A stretch of 64,000 nucleotides of DNA. Origin: Azolla caroliniana (lineage: Eukaryota; Plantae; Polypodiophyta). Positions 63,451 to 64,000 of the stretch are shown here, one piece after another. The translations under genes and the position numbers were made by a program. The stretch spans positions 10,416,001-10,480,000 of the forward strand of contig JBHGNT010000002.1 in assembly GCA_043228905.1 (NCBI GenBank), in the 5' to 3' direction. A model generated the notes under the pieces. The model was not told the origin of the DNA and did not search any database. It worked only from the letters and a program-made list of their open reading frames with translations. Within the stretch, counting starts at the first letter, position 1, and each line of letters starts with the position of its first letter.

Positions 63451-63856
63451 ATATCCACCAGCGGCAATGTCCATTCAACTCCTCTTAATGACAAATCTCA
63501 AGTTGTGTTGGAATTGGTCTGCCCAATAACTCTTTGGATTCTATGGAAACAACGGTGTAGACAGGTCTTCTCCAACCAAACCGCGCATCCAACAAGGTTA
63601 CTGCAAGAGATATGGAGTGAAATTGTAGCCACTCTAAAGAGCCAATATGATGGCCTCAAGGGCGGCTCCGATGGAGTTGAAAGACAACGAATAGCCTTCA
63701 TCCAACAATGGTTGTCCTCTCCCTTTCTTGAGTCAGTGGGCATCCACATAAGATAGAACTATCACATCCCTATAGGGATTTGTACATAATCGTCTCATTT
63801 GTATAATTTTATAACTAATTGAAGGAGTTTTTTTTTAGAAAATAATAATAAATAAA
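63451..63856 (+). mobile_element. Short 5'-truncated LINE with 12-bp TSD
   Basis: TSD ATAAATCTCATT at 63439-63450 and 63857-63868; (AAT)n/A-rich tail; ORF ITLWILWKQRC..LLQEIWSEI..KSQYD. Confidence 0.88.
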
Positions 63857-64000
63857 ATAAATCTCATTCTGAAAACATCTAATTGGTATTATGGTGTATG
63901 AGTAGTTTTTTGTAAAGATATGATTGGGCTTTTGGTCTAGTGGCAAGGGCATCAAACACTACCTAAGTTAAATCACGATAGGACCTCCATGTCTCAATAA

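Larger units (their letters stand above)
50255..64000 (+). repeat. Interrupted head-to-tail array of degenerate tRNA-Gln copies (blocks ~50255-51489, 56498-57915, 62600-64000)
   Basis: Recurring GGTCTTATGGTCTAGTGGTAAGGACATTGGACTTTGAATCCAGTAAC..GAGTTCAAATCT..GTAGGACCT plus recurring spacer ACTAAAACATGGTATTATGGTGTATGGATAA; roughly two dozen full or partial copies by eye. Confidence 0.85.

Noticed and set aside
50255-64000. Repeat-spacer pattern as a CRISPR-like array
   Set aside because: Repeats are tRNA-Gln-derived and highly diverged, spacers resemble each other, the context is eukaryotic and there are no cas-like ORFs

Overview
Eukaryotic, plant-like (probably non-seed land plant; inference) transposon-dense intergenic DNA with no recognisable host protein-coding gene. 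Most of the window is a nested pile of decayed retroelements: about eight Ty1/Copia copies or fragments (tRNA-iMet primer-binding site, PBS, where preserved), five Ty3/Gypsy copies (one chromodomain-bearing, two tRNA-Trp-primed with an FLDD reverse transcriptase, one tRNA-Arg-primed with a ~3 kb extra coding region, one gag fragment), two solo LTRs, five L1-type LINE pieces and a likely non-autonomous TIR element. Target-site duplications (TSDs) give the nesting order. The right-hand ~14 kb has a backbone of tandem degenerate tRNA-Gln copies into which elements have inserted. Most unusual signals: (1) the 17209-32534 Gypsy has no polypurine tract (PPT) and instead a second, inverted tRNA-Arg PBS at its 3' LTR, suggesting tRNA priming of both strands; (2) the tRNA-Gln array; (3) antisense tRNA-like A/B-box cassettes in the U3 of two different LTR families; (4) a Copia family with two PPTs and a protein tail after RNase H. 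Coordinates were read by eye; boundaries without a TSD are approximate, and tRNA assignments rely on recalled plant tRNA sequences.
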